From an uncultured Pelagibacteraceae bacterium (GTDB lineage Bacteria; Pseudomonadota; Alphaproteobacteria; Pelagibacterales; Pelagibacteraceae): a DNA stretch of 64,000 nucleotides. Under the pieces are notes generated by a model. That model was not told where the DNA came from and did no database searches. It saw only the letters and a program-made list of their open reading frames with translations. Below are positions 10,017 to 19,298 of the stretch, piece after piece. The first letter of the stretch is position 1, and every line of letters begins with the position of its first letter. The stretch covers positions 67,857 through 131,856 of the forward strand of contig CACDTN010000002.1 of the NCBI GenBank assembly GCA_902555725.1, given 5' to 3'. The position numbers and the translations under genes were made by a program.

Positions 10017-11171
10017 ATGTATAAATTTTTTAGAATTCTTTTGTTAACAACAATAATTTTTTTATTCAATTTTTCGTTCGCATTCTCAAATACTCAAAAG
10101 ATAAAAATTGGATTGCTTGTGCCCTTATCTGGAGAATATAAAGACTTAGGTCGCTTAATAATTAAATCCACAAGAATGGCCTTAAATGACATAGGTACAA
10201 ACAAGATAGAAATTTATCCCAAAGATACAAATCTGGACCCTAATAAAAGTTTAGAGTCTGCCTTAGAGTTAAAAAACAAAGGTATAAAAATTTTTATAGG
10301 ACCTATTTTTTTTAAAAGTTTGTTATACCTAGATGAAGTTGAAGATGTAATTTTTTTATCTTTAACTAATAAAACATCAGATCTTCCAAAGAATGTTATA
10401 AGTAGTGGAGTAAATTCTTTATCCCAAGTAAATGCAATTAAGAAATTTATAAAATTAAATGATATTAAGAAAACTATCTTTCTAACTCCTGATCTAGATT
10501 ATAAAATTGAAGTAACTAAAGCAATCAGACAATCCAAAATTAAAATTTCAAAAAAATATATTTATGATACAAAACCAATTAATTTAACAAAACAAATAGA
10601 AGATATTACAAACTATAAAATTCGAAAACAAAATTTAGCTGACGAAATATTAAGAGTAAAAAAATCAGATCTTGAGGACAAGGATAAACAATTAGAAAAG
10701 CTTGAAAAAAGATACACCATAGGAAATGTAAAGTTTGATTCAGTAATTATTGCAGATTTTGAAGAAAGTTTAAAAAGTGTAATTACATCTCTATTATATA
10801 CAGATGTATCACCTAAAAATAAATATTTTATTACTTTTAATCAATGGTTTGATGAAAGTTTCATAAAAGAAGAAAATGTTCAACCATTATATTATCCTTC
10901 TATCAATAAAAAAAATTTAGAAAATTTTAATAAAAAATTTTTTAAGGAATATAACACTTATCCAAATCACCTCTCTTTATTAAGCTATGATCTTTTGGGA
11001 TTAATATATTATTTATCTTTAAAAACAGATTTACAAAATATTGAAAACTTGTTTAAGAAAAAAAACTCATTTAAAGGTAAAATAGGAATATTTGATATTA
11101 AGGATAATAAAATAAATCACAGATTAAATTTTTATAAAATAAATGATGGAAAAATTATAGAAATTTTTTAA
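10017..11171 (+). CDS. LpoA/LppC-family periplasmic protein (penicillin-binding-protein activator-like, type I periplasmic-binding fold)
   Basis: It has a signal peptide MYKFFRILLLTTIIFLFNFSFAFS and the segment IKIGLLVPLSGEYKDLG. It is divergent from rsmI, like lpoA(yraM)/rsmI(yraL) in E. coli. I moved the start to ATG 10017 because the 9948 start in the track would overlap rsmI. Confidence 0.55.
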   Translation: MYKFFRILLLTTIIFLFNFSFAFSNTQKIKIGLLVPLSGEYKDLGRLIIKSTRMALNDIGTNKIEIYPKDTNLDPNKSLESALELKNKGIKIFIGPIFFKSLLYLDEVEDVIFLSLTNKTSDLPKNVISSGVNSLSQVNAIKKFIKLNDIKKTIFLTPDLDYKIEVTKAIRQSKIKISKKYIYDTKPINLTKQIEDITNYKIRKQNLADEILRVKKSDLEDKDKQLEKLEKRYTIGNVKFDSVIIADFEESLKSVITSLLYTDVSPKNKYFITFNQWFDESFIKEENVQPLYYPSINKKNLENFNKKFFKEYNTYPNHLSLLSYDLLGLIYYLSLKTDLQNIENLFKKKNSFKGKIGIFDIKDNKINHRLNFYKINDGKIIEIF

Positions 11172-11757
11172 TCTTCTTAAATGCTTTAGACCTATGATCT
11201 AATTTATATTTTTGAGTAGGCTTCATTTCCCCAAAAGTTTTCTTCTTATTAATAGGTATAAATATTGGGTCATATCCAAAACCATTTCTACCTCTTGGCT
11301 TATCAGAAATAATTCCTTCTACTTTCCCAATCACACAACAAATCTTTTTATTAAGATAACTAATTGATAATGCACATATAAAGCGTGCTTTGATCTTTTT
11401 ATTTCTCCAATATTTATCTTTTTTTTTTAATTCTCTATAAACCCTTTTAATAGCTTTATTAAAATCTGAATTTCTACCTCCCCATCTTGCAGAATATATT
11501 CCAGGATTTTTGTCTAAAATATCTATCTCTAAACCAGAGTCGTCCGCTAAACACATCAAATTTGTTTTTTTAGAAAAATATTTTGATTTAATTAAGGAAT
11601 TTTCTTTAAATGATTTACCATTTTCTCTTGGACTTTTTAATTTAAACTCTGCAGTAGATAATGTAACAATATTTTTAGGTAACAAATCTCTTATTTCTTT
11701 TAATTTACCCTTATTATTGGTGCCAATAAGTAATTTTTCAATTTTTTTTTTTAACAT
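11155..11757 (-). CDS. rdgB: Non-canonical purine NTP pyrophosphatase (RdgB/HAM1 family)
   Basis: 200 aa with the motifs GTNNKGKLKEI, DDSGLEIDIL, PGIYSARW, GFGYDPIF and DHRSKAF. Confidence 0.9.
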   Translation of the reverse strand: MLKKKIEKLLIGTNNKGKLKEIRDLLPKNIVTLSTAEFKLKSPRENGKSFKENSLIKSKYFSKKTNLMCLADDSGLEIDILDKNPGIYSARWGGRNSDFNKAIKRVYRELKKKDKYWRNKKIKARFICALSISYLNKKICCVIGKVEGIISDKPRGRNGFGYDPIFIPINKKKTFGEMKPTQKYKLDHRSKAFKKIKKFL

Positions 11758-11787
11758 CTAGAAATTTCATATTTTCTTACCATATAA
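11758..11787 (+). promoter_or_regulatory. Candidate RpoH (sigma-32)-type promoter of grpE
   Basis: The sequence reads CTAGAAA-tttcatattttctta-CCATATAA and ends 6 nt before the grpE ATG. It resembles CTTGAAA-N13-14-CCCCATNT with one mismatch in the -35 element. Confidence 0.3.
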
Positions 11788-11793
11788 GAGTAT

Positions 11794-12465
11794 ATGGAAA
11801 AAGAACAAAGCCAGAATAACCCAAAAAATATATCTGATAAAGAGGAGGAAGTAAAAAAATCCTCTGACCAAACATCGGAAAATTCTCAAGCAGACGAATT
11901 AGCTGCTGATAGATCGTCTCAAAATCCTAGTGAGGAAACTAAAGAAGAGGAAAAAAGTCCAGAAGAAAAGATTTTAGAGTTAGAAGATAAACTCGCCCGA
12001 ACATTTGCTGAAATGGAAAATCAAAGGAGAAGATTTGAAAAAGAAAAAGAAGATGCTTATGAATATGGTGGGTTTGTATTTGCAAAAGAAGCATTAAATC
12101 TAATAGACAATCTTGAGAGATCTAAACAAATCTTATCTAACGATGAGACACTTAAAAATTCAGAATCTTTAAAAAAAACACTCGAACATTTTGATATAAT
12201 AAATAAGGACTTAATATCTATTTTTTCAAAAAATAACATTAAGCCAATTGAAAGTTTAGATAAAAAATTAGATCCTAATTTTCATCAAGCAATGATTGAA
12301 ATAGAAGATGATGAGAGGGAACCAGGAACAATTATTCAAGAAATCCAAAAAGGTTTTACTATAAAAGATAGGTTGCTAAGACCTTCATTGGTTGGAGTAG
12401 CAAAAAAAAGATTGGATAAAACAAAAAAAGATGAGGAAAATAAAGACAATTTAAAAGAGAAATAA
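11794..12465 (+). CDS. grpE: Nucleotide exchange factor GrpE
   Basis: 223 aa with an acidic N-terminal tail followed by the GrpE core (LARTFAEMENQRRRFEKE, FHQAM, GFTIKDRLLRPSLVGV). It lies directly upstream of dnaK-dnaJ. Confidence 0.95.
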   Translation: MEKEQSQNNPKNISDKEEEVKKSSDQTSENSQADELAADRSSQNPSEETKEEEKSPEEKILELEDKLARTFAEMENQRRRFEKEKEDAYEYGGFVFAKEALNLIDNLERSKQILSNDETLKNSESLKKTLEHFDIINKDLISIFSKNNIKPIESLDKKLDPNFHQAMIEIEDDEREPGTIIQEIQKGFTIKDRLLRPSLVGVAKKRLDKTKKDEENKDNLKEK

Positions 12466-12477
12466 TGCTTAATTCAA

Positions 12478-12505
12478 CTTGTAGATTTAAATTTTAACCC
12501 TATAT
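12478..12505 (+). promoter_or_regulatory. Candidate RpoH (sigma-32)-type promoter of dnaK
   Basis: The sequence CTTG-tagatttaaattttaac-CCTATAT (CTTG-N17-CCTATAT) matches the alphaproteobacterial RpoH consensus CTTG-N17-CCTATNT. It lies 20 nt upstream of the dnaK ATG. Confidence 0.5.
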
Positions 12506-12525
12506 GAAAGTAGTAAATAAATAAT

Positions 12526-14451
12526 ATGAGCAAAATAATTGGAATAGACTTAGGTACAACAAACTCTTGTGTTGCTATAATGGAAGGTAGCCAAGCAAAA
12601 GTATTAGAAAATGCTGAAGGGACTAGAACAACACCGTCAGTAGTTGCCTTCACTGACGAAAAAGAAAAATTAATTGGCCAGCCTGCTAAAAGACAAGCTG
12701 TAACAAATCCTGAAAATACAATTTTTGCAGTAAAGAGATTGATAGGTCGAAATTTTGAAGATCCCACTGTTAAAAAAGATATTGAGTCAGCTCCATTTAA
12801 AATAGTAAATTCTGAAAAAGGAGATGCTTGGATTGAAGCTAAAGGAGAAAAGTATTCACCATCACAAATTTCAGCTTTTATTTTACAAAAAATGAAAGAA
12901 ACTGCTGAAAAGTATTTAGGTCAGTCTGTAACAAAAGCTGTAATTACTGTTCCAGCTTATTTTAATGATGCTCAAAGACAAGCTACAAAAGATGCAGGTA
13001 AGATTGCAGGCTTAGAAGTTTTAAGAATTATTAATGAACCTACCGCAGCTTCACTAGCATATGGTTTAGATAAAAAACAAAATAAAAAAATAGCTGTTTA
13101 TGATTTAGGTGGAGGTACTTTTGATGTCTCTATTCTGGAATTAGGTGATGGAGTATTTGAAGTTAAATCTACAAACGGTGACACATTTTTAGGTGGTGAA
13201 GATTTTGATAACGCAGTTGTAGAATATCTTATAGGTGAATTTAAAAAAGATAGTGGTATAGATTTAAAATCTGACAAACTTGCTTTACAAAGACTTAAGG
13301 AAGCAGCAGAAAAAGCCAAAATAGAATTATCTGCAGCAGAACAAACTGATATAAATTTACCATTCATAACAGCAGACAAAACGGGTCCTAAGCATATTAA
13401 TCTAAAAATGACTAGAGCAAAATTAGAGGCATTAGTTGAAGATCTAATAGCCAGAACTATACCACCATGCAAAACAGCCTTAAAGGATGCTGGTGTATCA
13501 GCTAGCGATATAGATGAAATAGTAATGGTTGGTGGTATGACTAGAATGCCTAAAGTGGTTTCAGAAGTTAAAGATTTTTTTGGTAAAGAGCCTAATAAAA
13601 GTGTGAACCCAGATGAAGTAGTGGCAATGGGTGCTGCTATTCAAGCAGGTGTACTACAAGGTGATGTCAAGGATGTGCTTTTACTTGATGTAACACCATT
13701 GTCTCTTGGTATAGAAACCTTGGGTGGAGTATCTACTAAACTTATAGAAAAGAATACAACAATCCCTACTAAAAAAAGCCAAGTATTTTCAACAGCTGAG
13801 GATAACCAACCAGCTGTTTCGATAAGAGTACTTCAAGGCGAAAGGGAGATGGCAACTGACAACAAGTTGCTTGGTAATTTTGAATTAGTTGGAATCGCAC
13901 CTGCACCAAGAGGAGTGCCTCAAGTTGAAGTAACTTTCGATATTGATGCTAATGGGATAGTAAATGTATCAGCTAAAGATAAAGGCACAGGTAAAGAACA
14001 AAAAATTCAAATTCAAGCCTCAGGTGGATTGAGCGATGAAGAAATTGAAAAAATGGTTAAAGATGCTGAAGCAAATAAGGAAGCAGATAAAAAGAAAAGA
14101 GAGTCAGTCGATGTAAGGAATCAAGCAGATACCTTAATCCACTCGACTGAAAAAAATCTTAAGGAACATGGAGCTAAAATTTCTGATGCTGAAAAGAAAG
14201 CAATAGAAGATGGATCGAGTGCATTAAAAGAGGCTTTAAAAGGTCAAGATATTGAGGATATTAAGAAGAAAACTGAAGCTTTAGTTCAATCTTCAATGAA
14301 GCTTGGAGAAGCTATTTATAAATCACAACAAAATGTAAAACCAGACTCTGATAAAGATGATGGAAAAGATGATAAAGGAAAAAAAGACGATAATGTTGTT
14401 GATGCGGATTTTGAAGAAGTAAAGGACGAAAATAAAGAAAAAAGCGCTTAA
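12526..14451 (+). CDS. dnaK: Molecular chaperone DnaK (Hsp70)
   Basis: 641 aa with the Hsp70 signatures [27 protein letters not shown] and VGGMTRMP. Confidence 0.99.
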   Translation: MSKIIGIDLGTTNSCVAIMEGSQAKVLENAEGTRTTPSVVAFTDEKEKLIGQPAKRQAVTNPENTIFAVKRLIGRNFEDPTVKKDIESAPFKIVNSEKGDAWIEAKGEKYSPSQISAFILQKMKETAEKYLGQSVTKAVITVPAYFNDAQRQATKDAGKIAGLEVLRIINEPTAASLAYGLDKKQNKKIAVYDLGGGTFDVSILELGDGVFEVKSTNGDTFLGGEDFDNAVVEYLIGEFKKDSGIDLKSDKLALQRLKEAAEKAKIELSAAEQTDINLPFITADKTGPKHINLKMTRAKLEALVEDLIARTIPPCKTALKDAGVSASDIDEIVMVGGMTRMPKVVSEVKDFFGKEPNKSVNPDEVVAMGAAIQAGVLQGDVKDVLLLDVTPLSLGIETLGGVSTKLIEKNTTIPTKKSQVFSTAEDNQPAVSIRVLQGEREMATDNKLLGNFELVGIAPAPRGVPQVEVTFDIDANGIVNVSAKDKGTGKEQKIQIQASGGLSDEEIEKMVKDAEANKEADKKKRESVDVRNQADTLIHSTEKNLKEHGAKISDAEKKAIEDGSSALKEALKGQDIEDIKKKTEALVQSSMKLGEAIYKSQQNVKPDSDKDDGKDDKGKKDDNVVDADFEEVKDENKEKSA

Positions 14452-14479
14452 CTGACATCTATTTGTCCAGGTTAAATAC

Positions 14480-15607
14480 ATGGCTAAAAGAGATTATTAC
14501 GATGTCCTAGGCATCAATAAAGGCGCCAGTCCTGAAGATATAAAATCAGCCTATAGAAAGTTAGCAGTAAAATACCACCCAGATAAGAATCCTGGAGATA
14601 AATCTGCTGAAGATAAATTTAAAGAAGCCAGTGAAGCTTACGGAATTCTTTCTGACAAGTCCAAAAAAGAAAACTATGACAACTTCGGTCATGCAGCATT
14701 TGAAAATGGTGGTGGAGGTCAAAGTGGCTTTGGAGGATTTAGTGGAGCAGATTTCTCAGATATTTTTGAAGATTTTTTTGGAGACTTTGGAGGCGGAAGA
14801 AGAAGCTCAAGAGGACGAAGCTCTAATAATAGAGGGTCGGACTTAAGATACGATTTATCAATTACATTAGAGGAAGCCTATTCAGGAAAAAAACAAAACA
14901 TACAATTCTCTACTTCCGAGAAATGTAATACTTGTAAAGGTAATGGATCAAAACCAGGATATAATCCTGATAGATGCTCTTATTGTGGTGGAAATGGGAG
15001 GGTTCGATCTAATCAAGGTTTTTTTACTGTTCAACAAACATGTCCTCAGTGTACAGGAAGTGGTGAAGAAATAACTAATCCTTGTGTAGATTGTAGCGGC
15101 CAAGGAAATAAACAGACAACGAAAAAAGTTTCAGTAACTATTCCAAAAGGTGTAGATGATGGAACAAGAATTAGGCTTGCGGGAAAAGGAGAGGCTGGAA
15201 CTAGAGGGGGAGCAAGTGGAGATTTATATTTGTTTATTAATGTTAAATCACATGAACTTTTTAAAAGATCAGATGTAAATTTATTTTTTGAATTTCCAAT
15301 TTCTATAGCTGATGCGGCTCTAGGAACAACTATAGAGATACCAACTATTGATGGGAAAAAAGGCAAGATTAAAATCCCTGATGGTACTCAAGATGGAAAA
15401 CAATTCAGACTAAAAGGTAAAGGTATGCCTTTTATGCGAAGAGGTGATTATGGAGATTTATATGTGCAAGTTAAAACTGAAGTGCCAATATACCTTAATA
15501 AAGAACAGAAAGAATTATTAGAAAAATTCAGAAAAATAGAAAATGAAAAATCTAATCCAAGTATTAAAAAATTTTTTCAAAAGGCAAAAAGTTTTTGGAA
15601 TAGCTAA
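14480..15607 (+). CDS. dnaJ: Co-chaperone DnaJ
   Basis: 375 aa with a J domain (YHPDKNPGD), a G/F-rich linker and four CxxCxGxG zinc motifs ([32 protein letters not shown]). Confidence 0.98.
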   Translation: MAKRDYYDVLGINKGASPEDIKSAYRKLAVKYHPDKNPGDKSAEDKFKEASEAYGILSDKSKKENYDNFGHAAFENGGGGQSGFGGFSGADFSDIFEDFFGDFGGGRRSSRGRSSNNRGSDLRYDLSITLEEAYSGKKQNIQFSTSEKCNTCKGNGSKPGYNPDRCSYCGGNGRVRSNQGFFTVQQTCPQCTGSGEEITNPCVDCSGQGNKQTTKKVSVTIPKGVDDGTRIRLAGKGEAGTRGGASGDLYLFINVKSHELFKRSDVNLFFEFPISIADAALGTTIEIPTIDGKKGKIKIPDGTQDGKQFRLKGKGMPFMRRGDYGDLYVQVKTEVPIYLNKEQKELLEKFRKIENEKSNPSIKKFFQKAKSFWNS

Positions 15608-15609
15608 AA

Positions 15610-15777
15610 ATGGGATTAGAACAGATTATCCCAGCGATTTTTTTAATAGCAGTTCTAGTCTTAGTTATACCTAATTTTTTAAGGTCAAATAATAGACGAA
15701 AACAGTTTTTTAAGAATTTGTTCATTTGGTCTGTAATTGTTGTATCTATTGTGATAATTACGTATCTTATCTCTTAA
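15610..15777 (+). CDS. Small (55 aa) two-helix membrane protein, uncharacterised (not in the ORF track)
   Basis: My own translation is MGLEQIIPAIFLIAVLVLVIPNFLRSNNRRKQFFKNLFIWSVIVVSIVIITYLIS. It starts 2 nt after the dnaJ stop, and its TAA overlaps the dapB ATG (TAATG). It fills an otherwise empty 169-bp gap in a very compact genome. Confidence 0.45.
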   Translation: MGLEQIIPAIFLIAVLVLVIPNFLRSNNRRKQFFKNLFIWSVIVVSIVIITYLIS

Positions 15778-16553
15778 TGAAAAGAATAAATTTAGCAATA
15801 ACTGGGTGTATGGGTCGTATGGGCCAACAACTAATTAAGTCATCAAAAAAAAATAAAAATTTTAAACTGGTTTCACTTACAGAAAACAGATTAATAAATA
15901 AAAAATTTGAAGGAATTAAACCTGAGTTTAATACTGACATAGCATTTAAAAAAACAGATGTAATTATTGATTTTACCGTTCCTAAATGCACCTTGGAAAT
16001 ACTAAATATAGCCTCTAAACTTAAAAAAAAAGTAGTAATTGGAACTACTGGGTTTACTAGAAGCCAAGAAAGTCAAATTAAAAAGTATTCAAAAAAGATA
16101 CCTATTTTAAAAGCTGGAAATATGAGCTTAGGTATAAATTTATTAATGTACTTAACGGAGATTGCTTCAAAAACATTAAATGATGAATATTTAAGTAAAA
16201 TATTTGAAGTACACCATAAATACAAAAAAGACTACCCATCAGGTACAGCCTTAATGCTTGGAAAAGGGATTGCAGATGGGAAAAATAAAAACTTATATAA
16301 TTTAATTGGTAAAAAATTTTTAAATAAAAAGTCTTTTCCTTATGGAAAAAAAATTAATTTTAACTCAATTAGAAAAGGTGAAATTGTTGGAGAACATGAA
16401 GTAAATTTCTCGAGTGGAAAAGAGATAATTACTTTAAACCATGAGGCCTTTGATAGAGCACTTTACTCTGATGGAGCTTTGACTGCCTCTAAATGGTTAA
16501 TGAAAAAAAAACCTGGACTGTATTCTATGAGAGATTTGCTTAACTTTTCATAA
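15777..16553 (+). CDS. dapB: 4-hydroxy-tetrahydrodipicolinate reductase
   Basis: The N-terminus MKRINLAITGCMGRMGQ is a Rossmann motif, and the motifs EVHHKYKKDYPSGTA and HEAFDRALYSDGAL are present. I moved the start to ATG 15777 because the upstream extension in the track is Cys-rich junk. Confidence 0.9.
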   Translation: MKRINLAITGCMGRMGQQLIKSSKKNKNFKLVSLTENRLINKKFEGIKPEFNTDIAFKKTDVIIDFTVPKCTLEILNIASKLKKKVVIGTTGFTRSQESQIKKYSKKIPILKAGNMSLGINLLMYLTEIASKTLNDEYLSKIFEVHHKYKKDYPSGTALMLGKGIADGKNKNLYNLIGKKFLNKKSFPYGKKINFNSIRKGEIVGEHEVNFSSGKEIITLNHEAFDRALYSDGALTASKWLMKKKPGLYSMRDLLNFS

Positions 16554-17206
16554 TGAATGAAAAACAGAAAGCAAAAATTATACTTAAAACTCTAAATAAA
16601 ATTTATCCTAAAGCACTTGTTCCTCTTAAAAGCAAAAATACTTTTACATTATTAATATCTGTACTACTTTCAGCACAATGTACTGATGTTAATGTTAATA
16701 ATGTAACAAAAAATATATATCCAAGGTATTTTAAACCAGACCACTTTGTAAAGTTAGGTAGAAAAAAAATTGAAAAATTAATTAAAAAGATTGGTATTTT
16801 TAGGATCAAAGCGAAAAGTATTTACCTAATGTCAAAACAAGTTTTAGAAGAACACAATGGAAGAATACCTAAAACTTTTGAAGAACTTGAAAAACTGCCT
16901 GGTGTAGGCCATAAAACAGCTAGCGTTGTAATGTCCCAAGGCTTCGGATATCCAGCTTTTGCAGTTGATACTCATATTCATAGACTTGCACAAAGATGGG
17001 GTTTAACAAATGGAAAAAATGTGGTTCAAACCGAAAAAGATTTAAAACGAATATTTCCTAAAAAAACTTGGTCAAAACTTCATTTACAAATAATTTTTTA
17101 TGGTAGAGAATATTGTAAAGCAAGAGACTGTTATGGTTTAACTTGTAAAATATGTACTACTTGCTACCCAAATAGAAAAAAACCTGTTATTACCAAAAAA
17201 GCTTAA
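16553..17206 (+). CDS. nth: Endonuclease III (DNA glycosylase/AP lyase)
   Basis: 217 aa with the HhH-GPD motif LEKLPGVGHKTASVVM, the segment AVDTHIHRL and a C-terminal Cys cluster (CKARDCYGLTCKICTTC). Confidence 0.9.
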   Translation: MNEKQKAKIILKTLNKIYPKALVPLKSKNTFTLLISVLLSAQCTDVNVNNVTKNIYPRYFKPDHFVKLGRKKIEKLIKKIGIFRIKAKSIYLMSKQVLEEHNGRIPKTFEELEKLPGVGHKTASVVMSQGFGYPAFAVDTHIHRLAQRWGLTNGKNVVQTEKDLKRIFPKKTWSKLHLQIIFYGREYCKARDCYGLTCKICTTCYPNRKKPVITKKA

Positions 17207-17207
17207 T

Positions 17208-18137
17208 ATGAAAATTTTAGGAATAGGGAATGCAATAGTAGACGTCATTTGTAAAGTAGATGATAGTTTTATTACTAAAAATAATCTTACGAAAAGTACA
17301 ATGAAATTATTTTTTGATGAAAATGAATTCAAAAAATTATTAACTGATCTTAAAATAGAGAAAACTATTTCTGGTGGATCTGTAGCAAACTCAATAGTTG
17401 GTATTTCTCAACTTGGTGATGAAGTAGGTTTTATTGGTAAGGTTTCAGATGATGATTTTGGTAGTAAATACGAAGAAGGTTTAAAAAAAGAGAATGTAAA
17501 ATATTTTTATTCAAAAAAGAAAGAAGAACTACCAACAGGTACTTGTTTAATACTAATTACCCCAGACTCTGAGAGAACTATGTGTACGTTTTTAGGAACA
17601 GCAGGAAAGATAGATGAAAATGATGTTAGTTCTGATGCAATTAAAAAAAGTGAAATAATATTTTTAGAAGGTTACCTATGGGATGAGGGTGAACCAAAAA
17701 AAGCATTTAATAAAGCTATTAATAGTGCAAATAAGGTAGCTATGACACTCTCTGATCAGTTTTGTGTAGATAGACATAAACCTCATTTTTTAAATTTAGT
17801 AAAAAACAAACTAGATATAACTTTTGCTAATGAGCAAGAAATTACATCCTTGATTGAAGCAAAAAATTTTGACGAAGTTATAAATTTTTCAAAACAACTA
17901 AATAAACTAGTTGTTGTTACTAGAGGTGAAAGAGGAGCAATAGCTATAAACGGTGAGGAAATTGTTGAAAGTGATATACATAAAAATCTGAAAATAGTAG
18001 ACCTAACTGGTGCTGGTGATCTTTTTGCTGCTGGGTTTCTTCATGGTTACATAAATAAATTATCAAACAAAAAGTGTCTTGAAAAGGGTACCGAAATGTC
18101 ATCAAGAATAATTCAACAAATCGGAGCTAGACTTTAA
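17208..18137 (+). CDS. PfkB-family carbohydrate/nucleoside kinase (adenosine kinase-like)
   Basis: 309 aa with PfkB signatures GGSVANS and DLTGAGDLFAAGFLHGY. Confidence 0.8.
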   Translation: MKILGIGNAIVDVICKVDDSFITKNNLTKSTMKLFFDENEFKKLLTDLKIEKTISGGSVANSIVGISQLGDEVGFIGKVSDDDFGSKYEEGLKKENVKYFYSKKKEELPTGTCLILITPDSERTMCTFLGTAGKIDENDVSSDAIKKSEIIFLEGYLWDEGEPKKAFNKAINSANKVAMTLSDQFCVDRHKPHFLNLVKNKLDITFANEQEITSLIEAKNFDEVINFSKQLNKLVVVTRGERGAIAINGEEIVESDIHKNLKIVDLTGAGDLFAAGFLHGYINKLSNKKCLEKGTEMSSRIIQQIGARL

Positions 18138-18223
18138 TTTTTTTTCTTTTGAAACTTCCTTTTCCTTTTTTTGGTTTGATAATTCTAGGTTTATATTTTT
18201 TTGAAAAAAGTTCTCTAGCAAAT

Positions 18224-18790
18224 TTATTTTTTTTTGACAATTTCGTAACCACTTTTGTTAGTTAATATAAAGTTTTCATCATTAAATTTTTTTAATATTT
18301 TTTTTCTTAATCTATATATGTGTGTTTCTACAGTATGAGTTTCTAATTCAGGTTGATAACCCCAAACCTTTGATTGTAATTCATGAATTCTTACTACATC
18401 CTTTGAATTAAATAAGTAGATAATTGAATTAATCTCTTTTTCAGTGAGTTTTAATTTAAGATCTGAATGAGACATTTCTCTAGAATTTAAATTAAATTTA
18501 TAAGAACCAATCATAATGTCAGATTGTTTATTAAAATTTATTTTTATAAACTCTGTATTTATTTTTTCCAATAACTTTAAAATAGAGACAGGAAAATCAT
18601 TAAAAATAATTTGATTATCAAAGCCAAAAATTTTTGTGCGTGTAAAAATTAAAACATTTGGTTGAAAAACAAAATCTGAAATGTCATTTTTGGACACTTT
18701 TTTAATGGTAAGATTTACATCTTTATTAATTTCAATTAAAATCTTATATAATTCGTCAAACTCATAGATAATTAATTTTTGGTTATTCAT
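18224..18790 (-). CDS. OmpR/PhoB-type winged-helix DNA-binding protein with a short, degenerate receiver-like N-terminal domain
   Basis: The C-terminal roughly 95 aa match trans_reg_C (LKLTEKEINSIIYLF..., VWGYQPELETHTVETHIYRLRKKI, NKSGYEI). The N-terminal part is only about 90 aa and has no DD pocket or phospho-acceptor Asp where one is expected (NVLIFTRT). Confidence 0.65.
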   Translation of the reverse strand: MNNQKLIIYEFDELYKILIEINKDVNLTIKKVSKNDISDFVFQPNVLIFTRTKIFGFDNQIIFNDFPVSILKLLEKINTEFIKINFNKQSDIMIGSYKFNLNSREMSHSDLKLKLTEKEINSIIYLFNSKDVVRIHELQSKVWGYQPELETHTVETHIYRLRKKILKKFNDENFILTNKSGYEIVKKK

Positions 18791-18803
18791 ATATAAATAG
18801 AAT

Positions 18804-19298
18804 ATGACAATTTACATAAAAAATAAATATAGACTTCAAGTTGATGATTTCACATTTAAATGTTGTATAGGTAAAAATGGCATATCAAAAAACAAGGTTG
18901 AAGGTGATAAAAAAACTCCATTTGGTATTTATCATATTGAAAATTTATATTACCGAAAAGATAGAGTCAAAAAACCATATACAAAATTAAAATGTATTGA
19001 AATAAAAAAGAATATGGGATGGGGTGATGATTCTAATAATCCAAAAACGTATAACAAATTAATCAAAATAAAAAAAAATGATAAATGTGAAAAAATTTAT
19101 AGAAAAGACTTTAAATACAATTTATTTATTCCAATTAAATATAACTTTAATAAACCAAAAAAATCAAAAGGTAGTTGTATTTTTATTCATTTAACTAAAA
19201 ATTATAAACCTACGGCTGGTTGTGTTGCTTTAAGAAAAAAAGATTTTCTAATTTTAGTAAAAATAATTAATCAAAAAACTCAAATAAAAATTAGTTAA
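18804..19298 (+). CDS. L,D-transpeptidase catalytic-domain (YkuD fold) family protein
   Basis: 164 aa with the active-site-like motif GSCIFIHLTKNYKPTAGCVAL (H...GC) and upstream KTPFGIY. There is no obvious signal peptide. Confidence 0.65.
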   Translation: MTIYIKNKYRLQVDDFTFKCCIGKNGISKNKVEGDKKTPFGIYHIENLYYRKDRVKKPYTKLKCIEIKKNMGWGDDSNNPKTYNKLIKIKKNDKCEKIYRKDFKYNLFIPIKYNFNKPKKSKGSCIFIHLTKNYKPTAGCVALRKKDFLILVKIINQKTQIKIS

